From the NCBI RefSeq assembly GCF_009914755.1, contig NC_060938.1: a DNA stretch of 64,000 bases; one strand, given 5' to 3'. The position numbers and the translations under genes are program-made. This stretch comes from the human T2T-CHM13v2.0 reference genome, Homo sapiens. The notes under the pieces were generated by a model, which was not told the DNA's origin, made no database searches, and saw only the letters and a list, made by a program, of their open reading frames with translations. Positions 1 to 13,878 of the stretch are shown one piece after another; the first letter of the stretch is position 1, and every line of letters starts with the position of its first letter.

Positions 1-1794
1 AATCATCCTTAAATAATTAAGCACAAGTCCTGCACAAAGGAGTTGACTTGGATTGTTAATAAAGATAATTACAGTTACAATTTCTTGAGCTCTGCAGACA
101 TGAGCTGTCTCTAGATGGTATGATCATAGTGTGTAAATAAATTAGGTGCTAGTGTATTTATATTTTGCCTCCTTTCTACCTGGCAAGCATGGATCTAAGG
201 ATGGAACCCAAGCACTAGCAGATGATCATGTTTTCTGGGTTGAGGTGGCTTTTGTCAGTTGGTTGTGTTACTAGGTATTGAGGCAGAAACCCAGATCACT
301 TTGCCTGCTACTTGTTAACAAGGAGAGTTGAGGTCACCAAAAAGGAGTGGAATGAGAAGTGGGAGGGAACAAGGATGGCTTCCCCCCCGCTGATTAGGAC
401 ACATCTCCCAGAATGATATGTGGTGTATTTAGATGTTTCCTACTACTGCCTTTCCAGGTAAGTGCCAATTCACAAAGCTGATTTGAGACCAAACTTTCTA
501 GTCTTAAATATTAACTCCTTTTGTAAGATCATTGTAATAAGGTTGCTTCCTAGTCTAAGAGATTATAGGGGGACAGCCAGGAAGAAAAGAACACAAAGTT
601 ACTGAAAAAGCTATAGCTTTAATTATTTTTGTTAATGTTCCTTCTGGGATGTAAGTTGTAACAGACAGAAAAATATCAGAGCAAGAAAACCACAACAGTA
701 CATTTGAAATAAAGATTTATCCCCACACTACCATTATATGATAGAAATGAAATGGGCATCATAATTTCTTTAAAAGAAACATCTGTTACCTTTTTACTTG
801 AGTGTGGAAGTATAGAAAAAATGATTTTACTTAATTTCTAATGCAAGCTGGATAAAGTAAATACTATGGATCTGTTACTGGGAAATCTATTGACAAGATT
901 AACAAGATGGCAAATTACATTTTCTACATTTGTACAGAATTTAAACTGAGCAGATATAAAGTTCTAGTTAGCTGTATAAATCCCTGTTTACCCAGAAGTA
1001 TAATGACCTCATGTGTGCACAGGCCTTCTTATGTATGTGTACACATCCATGGCCAGCAGCAACATCATTCTAGCAATATTGACAGTCAGGTTGGCTACCA
1101 TGGGATAAATTTTTATCAGTTATGTAAAAATGGCTTTGGAATTTAATGTGTGATGAAATATTCAGATATATATTTAGGTTTGGGATTCAGCTAAGAAGCA
1201 GCACCACCAAAAATGATGGGTTTCCTAGATTGCTCTTCATCCTTACCAAGGACAAAAAAATCATTGCCAAGGAAATAAGACTCAAAGTTTGCCAGATGCT
1301 CTAATCAATATTTTTCTCTCACCCTCAATGCACTTCCCTTGCCAGTACCAGTAAAAATAAAATCAACATTCCACAAATGTGGAAAAGTTATAAACAACAC
1401 TAGAGATTCAAGTTCTAATATTGCTGTAGAATTCAGCTGCTGGGGTGATATTGGTGAGTGGTTTACCTTTTAGAATTTTTTCCTCACTAGCTTCAGAGTC
1501 CTGTATTGAAATGCCATGGAATTTTCCAAAGCTTTCTTTTCTTTTTGTTATCTTCTAAAATGTCTGTTCATAATCAAACTTTATCATATCCAGTTTACAA
1601 CCATGGTGACTTTTACTCACTGGTCTTCCTTAGATCCAGTGTCATAGATTCAGAAGTGAGTGACACAGTCTTCCTTCAATTTATATGATCATATTCAGAA
1701 CAAAAAAAACTCAGGCCAGTTTCCTCTTTCCCTCTAAATGACTCAGGGAATTTTAATACCAACGACACTCCTATATGAATTAGGCCTTTTCATT

Positions 1795-1990
1795 TTGCAT
1801 TGTGCTAAATGTCACTTAATCCTCACAATAACATTATGAGATGAGGATGGTTAGAATCAACCCCATTTGGCAAACAAGGCATCCTAGGTTAGGGAAAGTG
1901 AAGTGATTTGCCCAGGTTCAATCTCCTGGCATGGATCTGGAATTAGAACTAACCAGTCCAGTCCCAATGCTTGCCCTCAGCTTTTTCGCT
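1795..1990 (-). mobile_element. MIR SINE, degenerate
   Basis: Matches reverse-strand MIR core: ttaatcctcacaataac...ccccattt...gaagtgatttgcccaggttca. Confidence 0.7.
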
Positions 1991-2542
1991 CTACTGCATA
2001 AGCTGAACACAACATTTCCTGTCTGTGTCTCCCAGCGCTACCATGGGAAGTTAAGCGTTTAGGGACCGTTAAATTCTATTGATAATATTACCCTCTGTTT
2101 TTCTACCAAGATGAAAAATTTCCATTTTGACATAAATATTTGCAGTGATGTTGCCCATCTCTTTTCCCCTTTTCCTCTATTTTTTCTCTTAAACCTACAG
2201 ACATGCTTAAATTATCTCTCAGTCCTAACATGTCATTCAATCCTCTACCCCTCTGCCAGTGTCAGATCCTGGGACTCTGCTCTTTCTTGCCCATAGTGGT
2301 TCTCGTAAGAGTCTTGCTGTGCATCCCGTTCTGCACCACTCGCTGACTCCTTGGCTGTCGGCTTCTGCTTCTTCCACTTTATGGGAAACACTGCAGAGCA
2401 TGACTCATGAGCAGATTTAAGGGCCTTTTCTGTCTTGACTCTTCCTGACTTTTTCTATAACATAATTGAAACCCCTTTATTCTTTTTGAAATTCTGTTTT
2501 ACCTTCTTAGATGTTATATTACCCTGGTTCTCCTGTCTAAAT

Positions 2543-2754
2543 CTGGAGTTGACAAACTATGACCCTCAGACCAAATTTGGTCCCCTGCCTTTTTGTGTAG
2601 TTAAGTTTTTATGGGAACATAGTCATGTTTATGTAGCATCTATGCTGTTTTCATACTATAACAGCAGCAGTAGTTGCACCAGAGGGCTGTAGGAGTAGCA
2701 AAGCCAGAAAAATTTACTACCTGGCCATGTACAGAATAAGGTTGCTAACTTCTG
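2543..2754 (+). mobile_element. MER58A (hAT-Charlie non-autonomous DNA transposon)
   Basis: ctggagttgacaaactatgaccc...aaggttgctaacttctg follows the MER58A consensus; diverged 8-bp TSD gtctaaat/ctccaaat. Confidence 0.8.
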
Positions 2755-2783
2755 CTCCAAATGATGATTTTAGGTCTCTACAC

Positions 2784-3007
2784 CAGGGGTGTCCAATCTT
2801 TTGGCTTCCCTGGGCCATCTTGGAAGTAGTATTGCCTTGGGCCGCACATAAAATACACTAACACTAATGATAGCTGATGAGCTAAAAAAAAAAATGCAAA
2901 AAAACTCATAATGTTTTAAGAACATTTATACATTTGTGTTGGTTGGACAGCATTCAAAGCTGTCCTGTGCTGCATGCGGCCCATGGGCCATGGGTTGAAC
3001 AAGCTTG
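2784..3007 (+). mobile_element. MER30 (hAT-Charlie)
   Basis: caggggtgtccaatcttttggcttccctgggcca...gggttgaacaagcttg; 8-bp TSD ctctacac/ctctatac. Confidence 0.92.
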
Positions 3008-4931
3008 CTCTATACCCTTTCTTGCAAGTAAATGCATTACAGATCACATAGGGCCATTTCTGGATATTTTTTCCCTTTTTTCTGTACCATGTCCTGCAGA
3101 AATCGCCTCCATTTCCCTTCTTCTACACCCCACCTCCCTGAGGTCAGTATTCAAACATCTCTCCAGTCCTGGATACTCTCTGGAGCTCCAGACCCCTAAC
3201 ACATTTTCATGTGATTTAAGGGACATCACCACATAGGTGTTCTACTAACACCTGATGCTGAATGTCCTTAACCTTCTACATGAAGAAGTCACACCTCCTG
3301 ATTTCCTGTTAAGTCCATCACTGTCTGTTTATGATGCTATCGGCAATTTCTTTTACCACTGTTGATAGTTTACAATGCATATTCATGTCTGGTGCCTCAA
3401 TCTTCCCCATTATTCACTATTATTTCCTCTACTCTTTTCTCCTAGATTCTCACATTTGTGAAATTCCTGAATTCTGTGGAGTTGACATCTACAATATCCT
3501 CATACCCAGCCTTTCCTTTTCATGCCCACTGCCACTACCTTAGTCAAACCCTCACACTCTGTCACCCAACGGGCACCTTTTGTGTGTCTCCATGGTGTTT
3601 TTGCAACACTACAGAATTAATATTTTTATAAAGGGAAGTTATGATCAGATCTCCTCTGGTCAAGAAGTTTCACCTTTTCTCTATTGCTTATCAAATAGTG
3701 TCCACACTTAACAGCCTGCTGTATATTTGAATTCATCTGACCAACTGGGCTCTCTGATCTCCCTGAACATGTCTCATGAGAATTCATTTGTTTACTTTTT
3801 CTCATGCTGTTTCCTCTGTCTAGACTGGCATTCTCTAATCTCTTTAGATCGGATTCATTTAGGATCTTTTTGGAATATAAGCTACTCCATGAAAATTGTA
3901 CTAACCTCCTCAAGCAAATAAGATCTGTTCTTACTTTGCACCCCAACAGCACTGGACTTGCTATTCTACTGACTCTTGGATTTCTTGTTTCTGTTGAGTA
4001 TTTGTTAAGCATTTATTTCCCCTGCTAGGCTGAAGGACCTGCATTTGGGGACCGGTTTTCACTTATCGAGAAGCTCCATTTTAACCTAGCAGGATAATAT
4101 AGGTAATTCCAAATGAAGTCACTTTAAATATTTTTTTGGATGAAGGTTAACAATATAAATACATCCAAGTGCATTCGTAGAACAAGTATTTTTGAAAAAA
4201 CACACTGAACAAAGTCAATTTTTTTCACATCTAATTTTTATTTTCTTTACCATAGTATGACTACAATCTATAAGGCTGCAGAATAAAACCATGTTCTCAA
4301 AATGGCCTCACATATTTAGCAATGTGTAGGCTCTATTAGTCTGCCAGAAATATGATCAAGTGACAAGAATTGAGACCCAGAAGTCCTACAGGTGGATGTG
4401 TGGAAGGTGGATGCCATCCATACACAGTGCACTTTGCCACAGCCCCCTCTCTCTGCATTACATTCATCCTAGTGTTTTCTCATTTAGGTTTTTCTTGTGC
4501 TTTTAGTTCATTCTTGCCATGATGTCTACCAGTGCTTTTAATAACTGAAAATATAAATATTATTTGTAAAACATTTAGCCAGTATGATCTTCCCTCATTA
4601 AATTTGTTAAATTTATGATCATATGTCTCCATAAGTCCAATTAATTGCTAAAGGCTTCACCACTCCTTTTTAAATACAAATATGTTTATTTAAACTGAGA
4701 AAGGGGCAGGGAGTAGCGGTGGGAAGAAAGGATCCTTGCAAGAGATGGACCTGGAGTTTGAGCTCTAAATTTACCGCTGGTCACCCTCATCACAGGTAGC
4801 CCATTTGCCATGTGGTCATGTCACCCCTTTTCTTCCAACCATACCTTGTCCTTACTCGACTGTGCTCTCAGCAGGTGAGTTTGTCTGTCCTGGCCACTAA
4901 GTTCAGACATTGAATTGGCCAATGTTTTCCC

Positions 4932-5580
4932 TTTTTTTTCTGTACATTAAATTTTAAGTTGACAGATAACCATATATATTTATGAGATACAATGTGATGT
5001 TTCCATACATGTATACCTTGTGAAATAATCAAATCAGGCTAATTAACATATCCATCACTTCACATACTCCCTTGTGGTGAGAACATTTAAAATCCAATCT
5101 TTGAGTAATTTTGAAATACACATTATTATTAACTGTAGTCACCATACTGTGTAATAGATCACAAGAGCTTATCCCTTTTGCCTAACTGAAACTTTGCATC
5201 CTTTGACCAACATTTCCCTTTTCACGAATTCTTCCCCAACCCAACCACTGGTAACCATCATTGTACTCTCTAATTCTATGCATTCAACTTTTTTAGATTC
5301 CACATGTAAATGAAGTCGTGGGATTTGTCTCTATGTACCTGACTTACTTCACTTAGCGTAATGTCTTCTAGATTTATCCATATTGTTGGAAATTACATAA
5401 TTTCTTTCTTTTTAAAGGCTGAATAGTATTCCATTGTGTGTGTGTCTATATATGTGTATATATATGCAACATACATCTATACATACACACCGTATCTTAA
5501 AAAATTCATTCGTCTGTTGATGGGCACTTCAGTTGTTTCCATGTCTTGGCTATTGTGAATAATGCTGCAACGAACATGGG
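4932..5580 (-). mobile_element. L1MA-type (about L1MA8) 3' end fragment
   Basis: Poly(T), then L1MA 3' UTR (ctaattaacatatccatcac...gtggtgagaacatttaaaatc...aggctgaatagtattccattgtg). Confidence 0.85.
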
Positions 5581-5591
5581 TTTACCTATTC

Positions 5592-5883
<292 letters not shown>

Positions 5884-6549
5884 GGTTTACCTACTCTTAA
5901 TGGAAAGAAGTCAGTCTGGAGGACTGAGTTGTCCAAAAATAATTAGGGCATGGATAGAAGAAATAGACATGTTAATAATTCTTTTTATAGCTTCTGTTGT
6001 TTCTCATGCCATGTAGTCTTACTATAAAAAGCTGGTCTTTTGCAACCAACTCTGCAGCTATGCCCTTGCTGATTCAGGCCCAGATAGATTTTATGCACAT
6101 GTGACTCCTGGGCTTTAAGATTACACTGCCTGGCTAGCACTCATAAGCTGATATACCTTTTGTATCCAAACCACGTTGAGTGAACATACAGTATCTGAAC
6201 CAATTTTCCCTGACACATTGAGGTCATCACATCCATCTTTTGTGAGGGAATGCAGAGTCAGAATATCTAGAAGTTACCAAGAAATGTAGTTCACATCTGG
6301 AGAAGGTAGGAGAAGCTGTGTGAAGTTTAGGTAAGAGGTCTTCTGTGAGACCTCTATGAATAGAGCTTTCTCTTGGATATTTTACTAAATTGAGGCCAGA
6401 TAGCTCTACGGGAGCCCATCTCCACTTCAAAGAACCACTCATAGGTGGTTGCCTCTCTCATTAGTCCTCATTAATCTTATTCTCATTACTCTCCTTTCTC
6501 ACATTTAGAAAGATGAAATGGCTCTTTTTTTTTTCTTGAAAACTGGTAC

Positions 6550-6780
6550 TAATAATAATGAGAGTTCAAAATGAAGATTTACTGAGTTCCAGGTGCTGGG
6601 CCAAATAGTGTACATGTGTGATCTAATTTAATCCTTAACACTACCCTACAAGATAGACCTTATCTCCATTTTACAGAAGGGTAAATCAACACAGAGAAGT
6701 TTGCTGACTCGCCCAAGTTTACATAAAAGTATTAGTAGGCTGCAGACTTGGGTGAACCAAACTCTGTCTTAGTTTAGAGT
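6550..6780 (-). mobile_element. MIR SINE
   Basis: atttactgagt...tttaatccttaacac...ccattttacagaaggg...gactcgcccaag. Confidence 0.75.
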
Positions 6781-7341
6781 TCATTTTTTCAATCCTCAAC
6801 TTTTTAAAATATTTTGAGGAGAGATCTTAAGTTCAGAAGTAAGAAGGACTTGCTGGGTGCTCTTTGAGTCATCATTTTGGGATAGACCTTCATTAATACA
6901 AGCATTCAGAGACTGCCTTTAAGCAATTCTCATTAGGGGTCTAATTAAACATTTTGAGCTGTTCCTAAAGTTGATGGTGCTATCCCTTGTTCAATAGTGT
7001 AATTGAAAGTGGCTGAGCACAGATGAGTCAGGCTTTCTCATCGCTTCTACAAACTTATTATAAGCTCATTAGTGTCAAGTTAGCTGTGGCCTAAACAATG
7101 TCTCATCCTCCATCACAATGCCACAGAGAAGACATGAGGATCAAGATGTATGCTCTTCAGAAGAGCTTTCTAGGGCTACTCTCATGACCGGGTGAAGGAG
7201 CACAGTATATGGTGGCTGCAGGAAGAGCTAATTAAGTCTTGGATGTGGTAAAAAGAATAACTTTCAAAGCAGAAGAAGAATGAATTTTAGAGTGGATATG
7301 TAGAGTGGCAATTAAAAGAGGCTGCACTCTTGTGGTCATCA

Positions 7342-7734
<393 letters not shown>

Positions 7735-7777
7735 TTAGCTTGTTTTCAAATCCAAAGAACATGCTTATTTTGGAATA

Positions 7778-9295
7778 CAGTTATGTGATACTTACTGATG
7801 GGGATACGTTCTGAGAAATGGTGTAATTAGGAGATTTCATCATTGTGTGAACATCACAGAGTGTACTTACACAAACCTAGATGGATAGCCTACTTACTAC
7901 ACACCTAGGCTATATGGTATAGCCTATTGCTCCTTGGCTATAAACCTGTATAGCATGTTACAGTACTAAAAACTGCAGACAATTATAACACCAGGAAGTA
8001 TCTGTGTATTTAAACAGAAAAAGTACAGTTAAAAATACAGTATGAAAGATGAAAAAATGTTTCACTTGTATAGGGCACTTACTATGGCCACCAAAGAAAC
8101 TGGAAGTGTATGAGGTGGTGAGTGAATATGTGGTAAATGAATGAGTGGTGAGTGAATGTGGAGGCCTAGAACATTACTGCGCACTACTCCAGACTTTATA
8201 AATACTGTACATATAGGCGTACACTAAATTTATAAAGCCTTTTTCTTTAGTAATAAATTAACCTTAGCTTGCTGTAACTATTTTACTTTATAAACTTTTA
8301 AGTTGGAACTATTTTACTTGTTCGTAATACTTAGCTTAAAACACAGGCCAGATGCAGTGGCTAACACCTGTAATCTCAGCACTTTAGGAGGCCAAGGTGG
8401 GTGGATCACTTGAGGCCAGGAGTTCAAGACCACTCTGGCCAACATGGTGAAACCCCATCTCTATTAAAAATACAAAAATTAGCCAGGCTTGGTGGTATGT
8501 GCCTGTAATGCCAGCCACTCAGGAGGCTGAGGCAGGAGAATGGCTTGAACCCAGGAGGCAGAGTTTGCAGTGAGCTGAGATTGCACCACTGTACTGCAGC
8601 CTGGGTGACAGAGTGAGACTCCATCTCAAAAACGAAAAACCACAAACATGTCATACAACTGTACAAAAATATTTTTTCTTTATGCAATTATTCTATAAGC
8701 TTTTTTGTATTTTTAAAATTTGTATACTTTTTATACTTAAAAATTTTTTTTGTTAAAAATCTAAGACACAAACACACATTAGACTAGGCCTACACGGGGT
8801 CAGGATCATCAGTATCACTGTCTTCCACTTCCACTTCCACATCTTGTCCCACCGGGATGTCTTCAGGGGCAATAATGCATGGAATTGTTATTTCCTATAA
8901 CAACAATGCTTTCTTCTGGAATACCTCCTGAAGAACATGACTAAGGCTTTTTTCCAGTTTGCTTTTTATTTTTCATTAAGTAGCTGGAGGTTGCCCTAAA
9001 ATAATGATAAAAAGTTTAGTATAGTAAATATATAAACCAGTAACGTAGTCACTTATTATCATTATATATGCTATACATAATTGTATGTGCTATAATTTAT
9101 ACAACTCTCAACACAGTAGGTTTGTTTACACCAGCATCAACACAAATGTGAGTGATGTGTTGTGCTTCATCATTATGATGGCTAAGTCATTACTAGGCAA
9201 TAGGAGTTTTGTTTTGCTCTATTATAATCTTATGGAACCACTGACATACATATGGTCCATCACTGACCATAACATCATTATGTGGTACATGACTG
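7778..9295 (-). mobile_element. Tigger3b/MER7-family TcMar-Tigger element, about 1.2 kb, with an internal Alu
   Basis: TIRs cagttatgtg.../...ggtacatgactg; TA on both sides (7776-7777, 9296-9297); Tigger3 internal sequence (ctacacacctaggctatatggtatagcc). Confidence 0.88.
8346..8640 (+). mobile_element. AluS (Sz-like) nested in Tigger3
   Basis: Full-length Alu; the Tigger sequence resumes after the tail. Confidence 0.95.
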
Positions 9296-10157
9296 TACTT
9301 AAGTAATGGAAGGAATGGCAGGGATATGAGAAGAAAAAGGGAGGTTAGTAAAAAGGTTGAGGTGAAAAAAGAATTTGAAGCATAACCCTATAATAAGTAG
9401 ATGAATTTTGTTAATAACTTTGGTCCCAGTGGCAGGGCTGTTTCCAGTGTGCAAGATTCCTCCACACATAGGACTATTTGAATTTCACAGCCAATCTATC
9501 AAATAAGGAAGGCAGAAAGTCTTAGCCACATTTTAAATGTAAAATATAAATGTGAAATGGAAAAATGGAGAAACTGGAGCTAAGAGAGGTAGAATAATTT
9601 TCATTAGGTCATATAGCTATGCTTGTAATACTTCTTCAGATGCTGTGGTTCACCAGCTCATTTTTTTTTTCCTCAGATATTCTAGAAATTTCTGTACTGT
9701 TAATGGAGTCCATCTCCCTTTACCAATGCAAATCCACACTAATGGTTGGGAGTCAACACAGAATCAGGAAGAAGAATGTTAGAGTCTGTGATGAAATATA
9801 AAAGATTAGCTGGACTGGAGTTTAAGTACTTAAGACCTGTGACCCAAAGTAACATGCTCTCTGTAGTTTCTTCCATGCTGCGGTGAAATAGTTCATGGAA
9901 ATGTTAGCTTGGCTGAATTCATTTAATACAAAAGGTCTTTATTTTGTTTATAAAAAGTGTCTGGTAGTGTTGTAAATGTTTATAGTATATTGTAATGAGA
10001 TTGCAGTGTTCACATTTCTCTACCTGTAAGTACAGTTTAAGGCTTATTAAATAGCCTTATTATTATTATTTTCTGACCAGGGCATTTTATTGTTCCATGT
10101 ATCTTCAGGCATAGCCATTAAATGGGAACCACAGCTTCATTTAAAAACTGGGTAGAG

Positions 10158-10374
10158 CAGGGGTGTCCAATCTTTCGGCTTTCCTGGGCCACACTGGAAG
10201 GAAAAGAATTGTCTTGGGCCACACATAGAATACACGAACACTAACAATAACTGATGAGCTAAAAGGAAAAAAAATCTCTTAATGTTTTAAGAAAGTTTAC
10301 GAATTTGTGTTGGGCTGCATTCAAAGTCATCCTGGGTGGCATGCGGCCCACGGGCTGCAGGTTGGACAAGCTTG
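10158..10374 (+). mobile_element. MER30 (hAT-Charlie), second copy
   Basis: caggggtgtccaatc...ggttggacaagcttg; diverged TSD gggtagag/ggctggag. Confidence 0.9.
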
Positions 10375-10429
10375 GGCTGGAGATTGTGATAATTAGTAGA
10401 GCTAGGTTGAAGTCAAGGCTGACCAGGGT

Positions 10430-10465
10430 GCTCAGGACTCCAGGGAGCTCAGGACTCCAGGGAGC
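10430..10465. repeat. 17-bp perfect tandem duplication (gctcaggactccaggga)x2
   Basis: Read directly from the sequence. Confidence 0.9.
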
Positions 10466-11467
10466 CAGGCTTAAGGGCAGACTGGAAATTCGGATGCTCA
10501 CAGTCATGCTTGCCTGCGGTGCCCTTTCCCAAAGTTTAGTAATCACATATCTTGAAAGCTGCAGTAGAGAACAACTCCCAGGTGACATTCATTACCTTAA
10601 AGTGCTAGACTTTGACAGAGATCTTCTGCTCTAGAAGTTGTCCTGAAATTTCCAAAAACAAGGAGATTTGAGAGCTGGAGAGGGTAACACAGGGAGAACT
10701 ACAGTGACTGATGTAGAGCTGATTCTGGGCGGTGTAATCGGACTGCAATCTGCATAAACAACTCTCAGAGGAACATCTGCCATGCCTTTGGGTAAGTGAC
10801 ATCTTTTTCCCCATATTATTCTTGGACTCAAGGCATGAAAAACAAATGAAAGTCTGAATGGTGTGACATTTCTGGCGGTGCTTATGAGCTTCATCCTGCC
10901 TGCACATATTTAAAGGGAACCCATGCAAATTATTTCCAAGTCAGGCGTGACTCAATGTGACAGTACCTCCAGAAACCTCCGCCCCATGAAGCAGCTTTCC
11001 TTTTTCCCTGCAGAGAGCATTATCATTTTGCCTCATGTTGCTGTCTCAGCATTTAAAGTCTGATACTAATTCCACTGATTGGTCCTGAGTTCAATTCTGT
11101 ATTCTGAATTATATCCTGCATATGTTTTGTGCACTCACTGGTGGTGTTATTGCTAATGATAAACATGATGGTGATCTGTTTGGACAGGGATTCTCAGCCA
11201 TCGTCTAGTCAGAAACAGCCAATTAATGAGCTCAGGTACTGGAGTGCAAGAGATGGTGAGGCTGACAGATCCAATAGGTGTAGTGAGGAATGTGACGGAA
11301 AGAAGGCTAAAGAAACCTACCTGAGGCAGTCCTTACAGAGGATGGCTGCGAGGGAATCCTGAGACTTCACCAAGTTTGGGTTAGAAATCTTTTAGTTGGA
11401 TGTATGACAGTGCTTCGATTTCAAATTAGAAAATTTTCCATCTGCAAGTTCAAAAGTGGCCTCATTC

Positions 11468-11690
11468 TTTTTTACTTTATAAATTTTAAATTATGCATTA
11501 TGTGTATAATAATAATTATGTGTATAATAGTTATACATATTTGTAAGGTGTGTGTGATATTTTGATATAAACGTATGATGTGTAGTGATCAAACGGGGTA
11601 ACTGGGGCATCAATCATTTCTTTGTGTTAGGAACATTCTAATTTCTATTCTTTTAGCCATTTTGAAACATACAGTAAATTATGGCTAACC
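11468..11690 (-). mobile_element. L1MA 3' end fragment
   Basis: attttgatata...gtagtgatcaaac...tttctttgtgttaggaacattc. Confidence 0.75.
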
Positions 11691-11924
11691 AATATAGATG
11701 AAAGTGTTTTAAGGAGAAGAATGTCATCATTCATAGCAAGATCTCAGCTGCCTGCTGGTTGGTGTCTGTGACTATAGCACATGTTTTTTGCCATGTTGGT
11801 GCAAAACACTTGAATTCCCATGCGAAAGGAAATAATAGGATGTGATGAAGTCAGAGGTATTCTAGTTGGGCTTCTCACTGTCCTGGTTTGGGCGACATGG
11901 CAATCTTCAAAGAGATCTATGATC

Positions 11925-12469
11925 GTTAAAACCTCTACCCTGACCAGAAGGTAGGGCCATGCTGGTAGGTGCTGAGGACGCAGCATTGAGCCAAAGAGGA
12001 TTATTCTCAAGCCCCTAAATCTAAAGGAATTTGTCCTGCTAGGTTTTGAATTTGCTTGGGACCCATTAACCCTTTCTTTCTGATTTCTCCCTTTTGGAAT
12101 GGAAAGGTCTATTGAATGCCTTGTCCCACCCATTGTATTTTGAAGGAAGATAACTTGTTGCCTGGTTACACACGTTCACAGCTGAAGAGAAATTTGCTTC
12201 AGGATGAATCATAGCTCCAGCCTCACCCATACTTGATTTAGATGATATTTTGAGCAGACTTTTGCTGAAATGGGTTAAGACTTAAGGGCTGTTGGGATGT
12301 GGTGAATGTATTTTGCATGTAAAAAAACATGAATTTGGCAGGAGGAGGGCAGAGGATAGGGTGTTATGGGCTGAGTTTTGTCCCTTACAAAATTAATATG
12401 TTGAAGTCCTTACCTTCAGTTCCTCAGAATGCAACTGTATTTAGATATAGGGTCTTTAAAGAGGTAATT
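11925..12469 (+). mobile_element. MaLR MLT1 internal 3' part plus start of an MLT1B-like LTR (LTR begins 12362, truncated)
   Basis: MLT1-int-like gagccaaagaggattattctcaagcc...; purine-rich tract, then tgttatgggctgagttttgtccc...gtctttaaagaggtaatt. Confidence 0.8.
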
Positions 12470-12489
12470 CCTTTATATTTTATCATTTC

Positions 12490-13528
12490 TATTTACATAA
12501 AAGGAAGCCCCTGGAGTAGAACTACCTTTGGTCCTGAGCTGAGGATTACTTAGGCACAAGCCTCAAAAAACCACACATGCGCGTGCACAGCACACACCCA
12601 CCCCACTATAATGGGGTATGTTAAAGGGACACAGGGGCCAGCTGGAAGAGCTCCCAGTGGTCACAGCTGGGAAAATTTGAGTGACAAAATAAATAAAAGG
12701 GCATTGGATTATAACTCAAAGTATAAAATATCTACAAGTTCATACTGAAATCAAAAATTATTACATATATAAATAAATGAGGAGAATAGGGAAAGCTCTC
12801 CTGCAGAAGAATTACAAATAATTTATAGATATACTCTGGCCACAAGAAAATGGAACATAACTTCCCACTCCTTAAGTGTAGATTGTGCATAGTGAATTCC
12901 CTGTATAGAATACAGAAAGGGGAAAAAAATAACTCGACAGTGGAGAAACTTGATAAATATCGCCTTAGCCACATGATCAAGGTTAACATAAACAGTGATA
13001 TGTTATACTGTTATTATGTACCCTTTATATAATGTGATAAGAATGGCAGTGCACCACCAGAGTCTTCCAAAAACCCATAAGCTCAGTCAAACTATAAGAC
13101 AATATCAGAGAAATCCAAAATGTGGGAAATTCTTCAAAATATTGAGAGTCCTTCTACTAGGTTGGTGCACAAGCAATTGTGGTTTTGCACCAACCTAATA
13201 AAAACTGGCGAGGTTATCAAAAACAAGAAAAATATGAGGAACTGTCACAGCCTAGGGGAGCCGAAGAAGACATGTCGATGTAATATGGTATCCTGGGTGG
13301 GATCCTGGAGTAGCAAAAAGAAACTAGGTAAAACTTAAGCAGATCTGAATTAAATGTGGGCTAAAGTTAATAATAATGTATCAATATTAGTTTATTAATC
13401 ATGGTGTACCATATTAATGTAAGTAGTTAATAATAGGGGAAATTAGGTTAAGGTATATGGGAACTCTGCACTAGCTTCACATTTGTTTAATGTCAAACTA
13501 TTCTAAAACAAAAAGTTTATTTAAAAAA
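12490..13528 (+). mobile_element. L1MC3-like 3' UTR
   Basis: ggattataactcaaagtataaaata...cccactccttaagtgt...gtggagaaacttga...ttctaaaacaaaaagtttatttaaaaaa. Confidence 0.8.
13157..13198. mobile_element. Internally deleted MADE1 (Hsmar1-derived MITE), 42 bp
   Basis: TA-ctaggttggtgcacaagcaattgtggttttgcaccaacctaa-TA; Hsmar1 TIR ends. Confidence 0.85.
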
Positions 13529-13617
13529 TCAAAACAGAAAGTTGAAACAGAATATTTTGTCTTTAAAATAATTATTGTGGTAAAAACACTTAATATCAGG
13601 TCTATCCTCTGAAATTT

Positions 13618-13878
13618 TTTAAACTTTATTTTTAAATTAACCAATAATTGTGTTTGTAAAGTACCTTGTGATGTTTTGATACATACAATTTACAGTGATC
13701 AGATTAGGGTAACTGGTATATCCATCATCTCAAACATTTATCATTTCTTTGTGTTGGGTACCTCCAATATCCTCCTTCTGGCTATTTGAAACTATATATT
13801 ATTGTTAATATAGTCATCCTGAGTGGTATAGTACACTAGAAGTTATGTCTCCTATCTAGCTGTAATTTTATATCCTGC
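13618..13878 (-). mobile_element. L1MA (about MA7) 3' end nested in older L1
   Basis: A second L1MA 3' terminus flanked by cctct(g/t)aaattt duplication. Confidence 0.7.

Larger units (their letters stand above)
2290..4030 (+). mobile_element. L2 LINE fragments, interrupted by MER58A and MER30
   Basis: Pyrimidine-rich L2-like tracts (ctcttcctgac...ctggttctcctgtcta; ctggagctccagaccc...). Boundaries approximate. Confidence 0.6.

Noticed and set aside
10259-10928. Cluster of overlapping 87-109 aa ORFs
   Set aside because: Partly MER30-derived, no recognisable domain, and consistent with locally higher GC.
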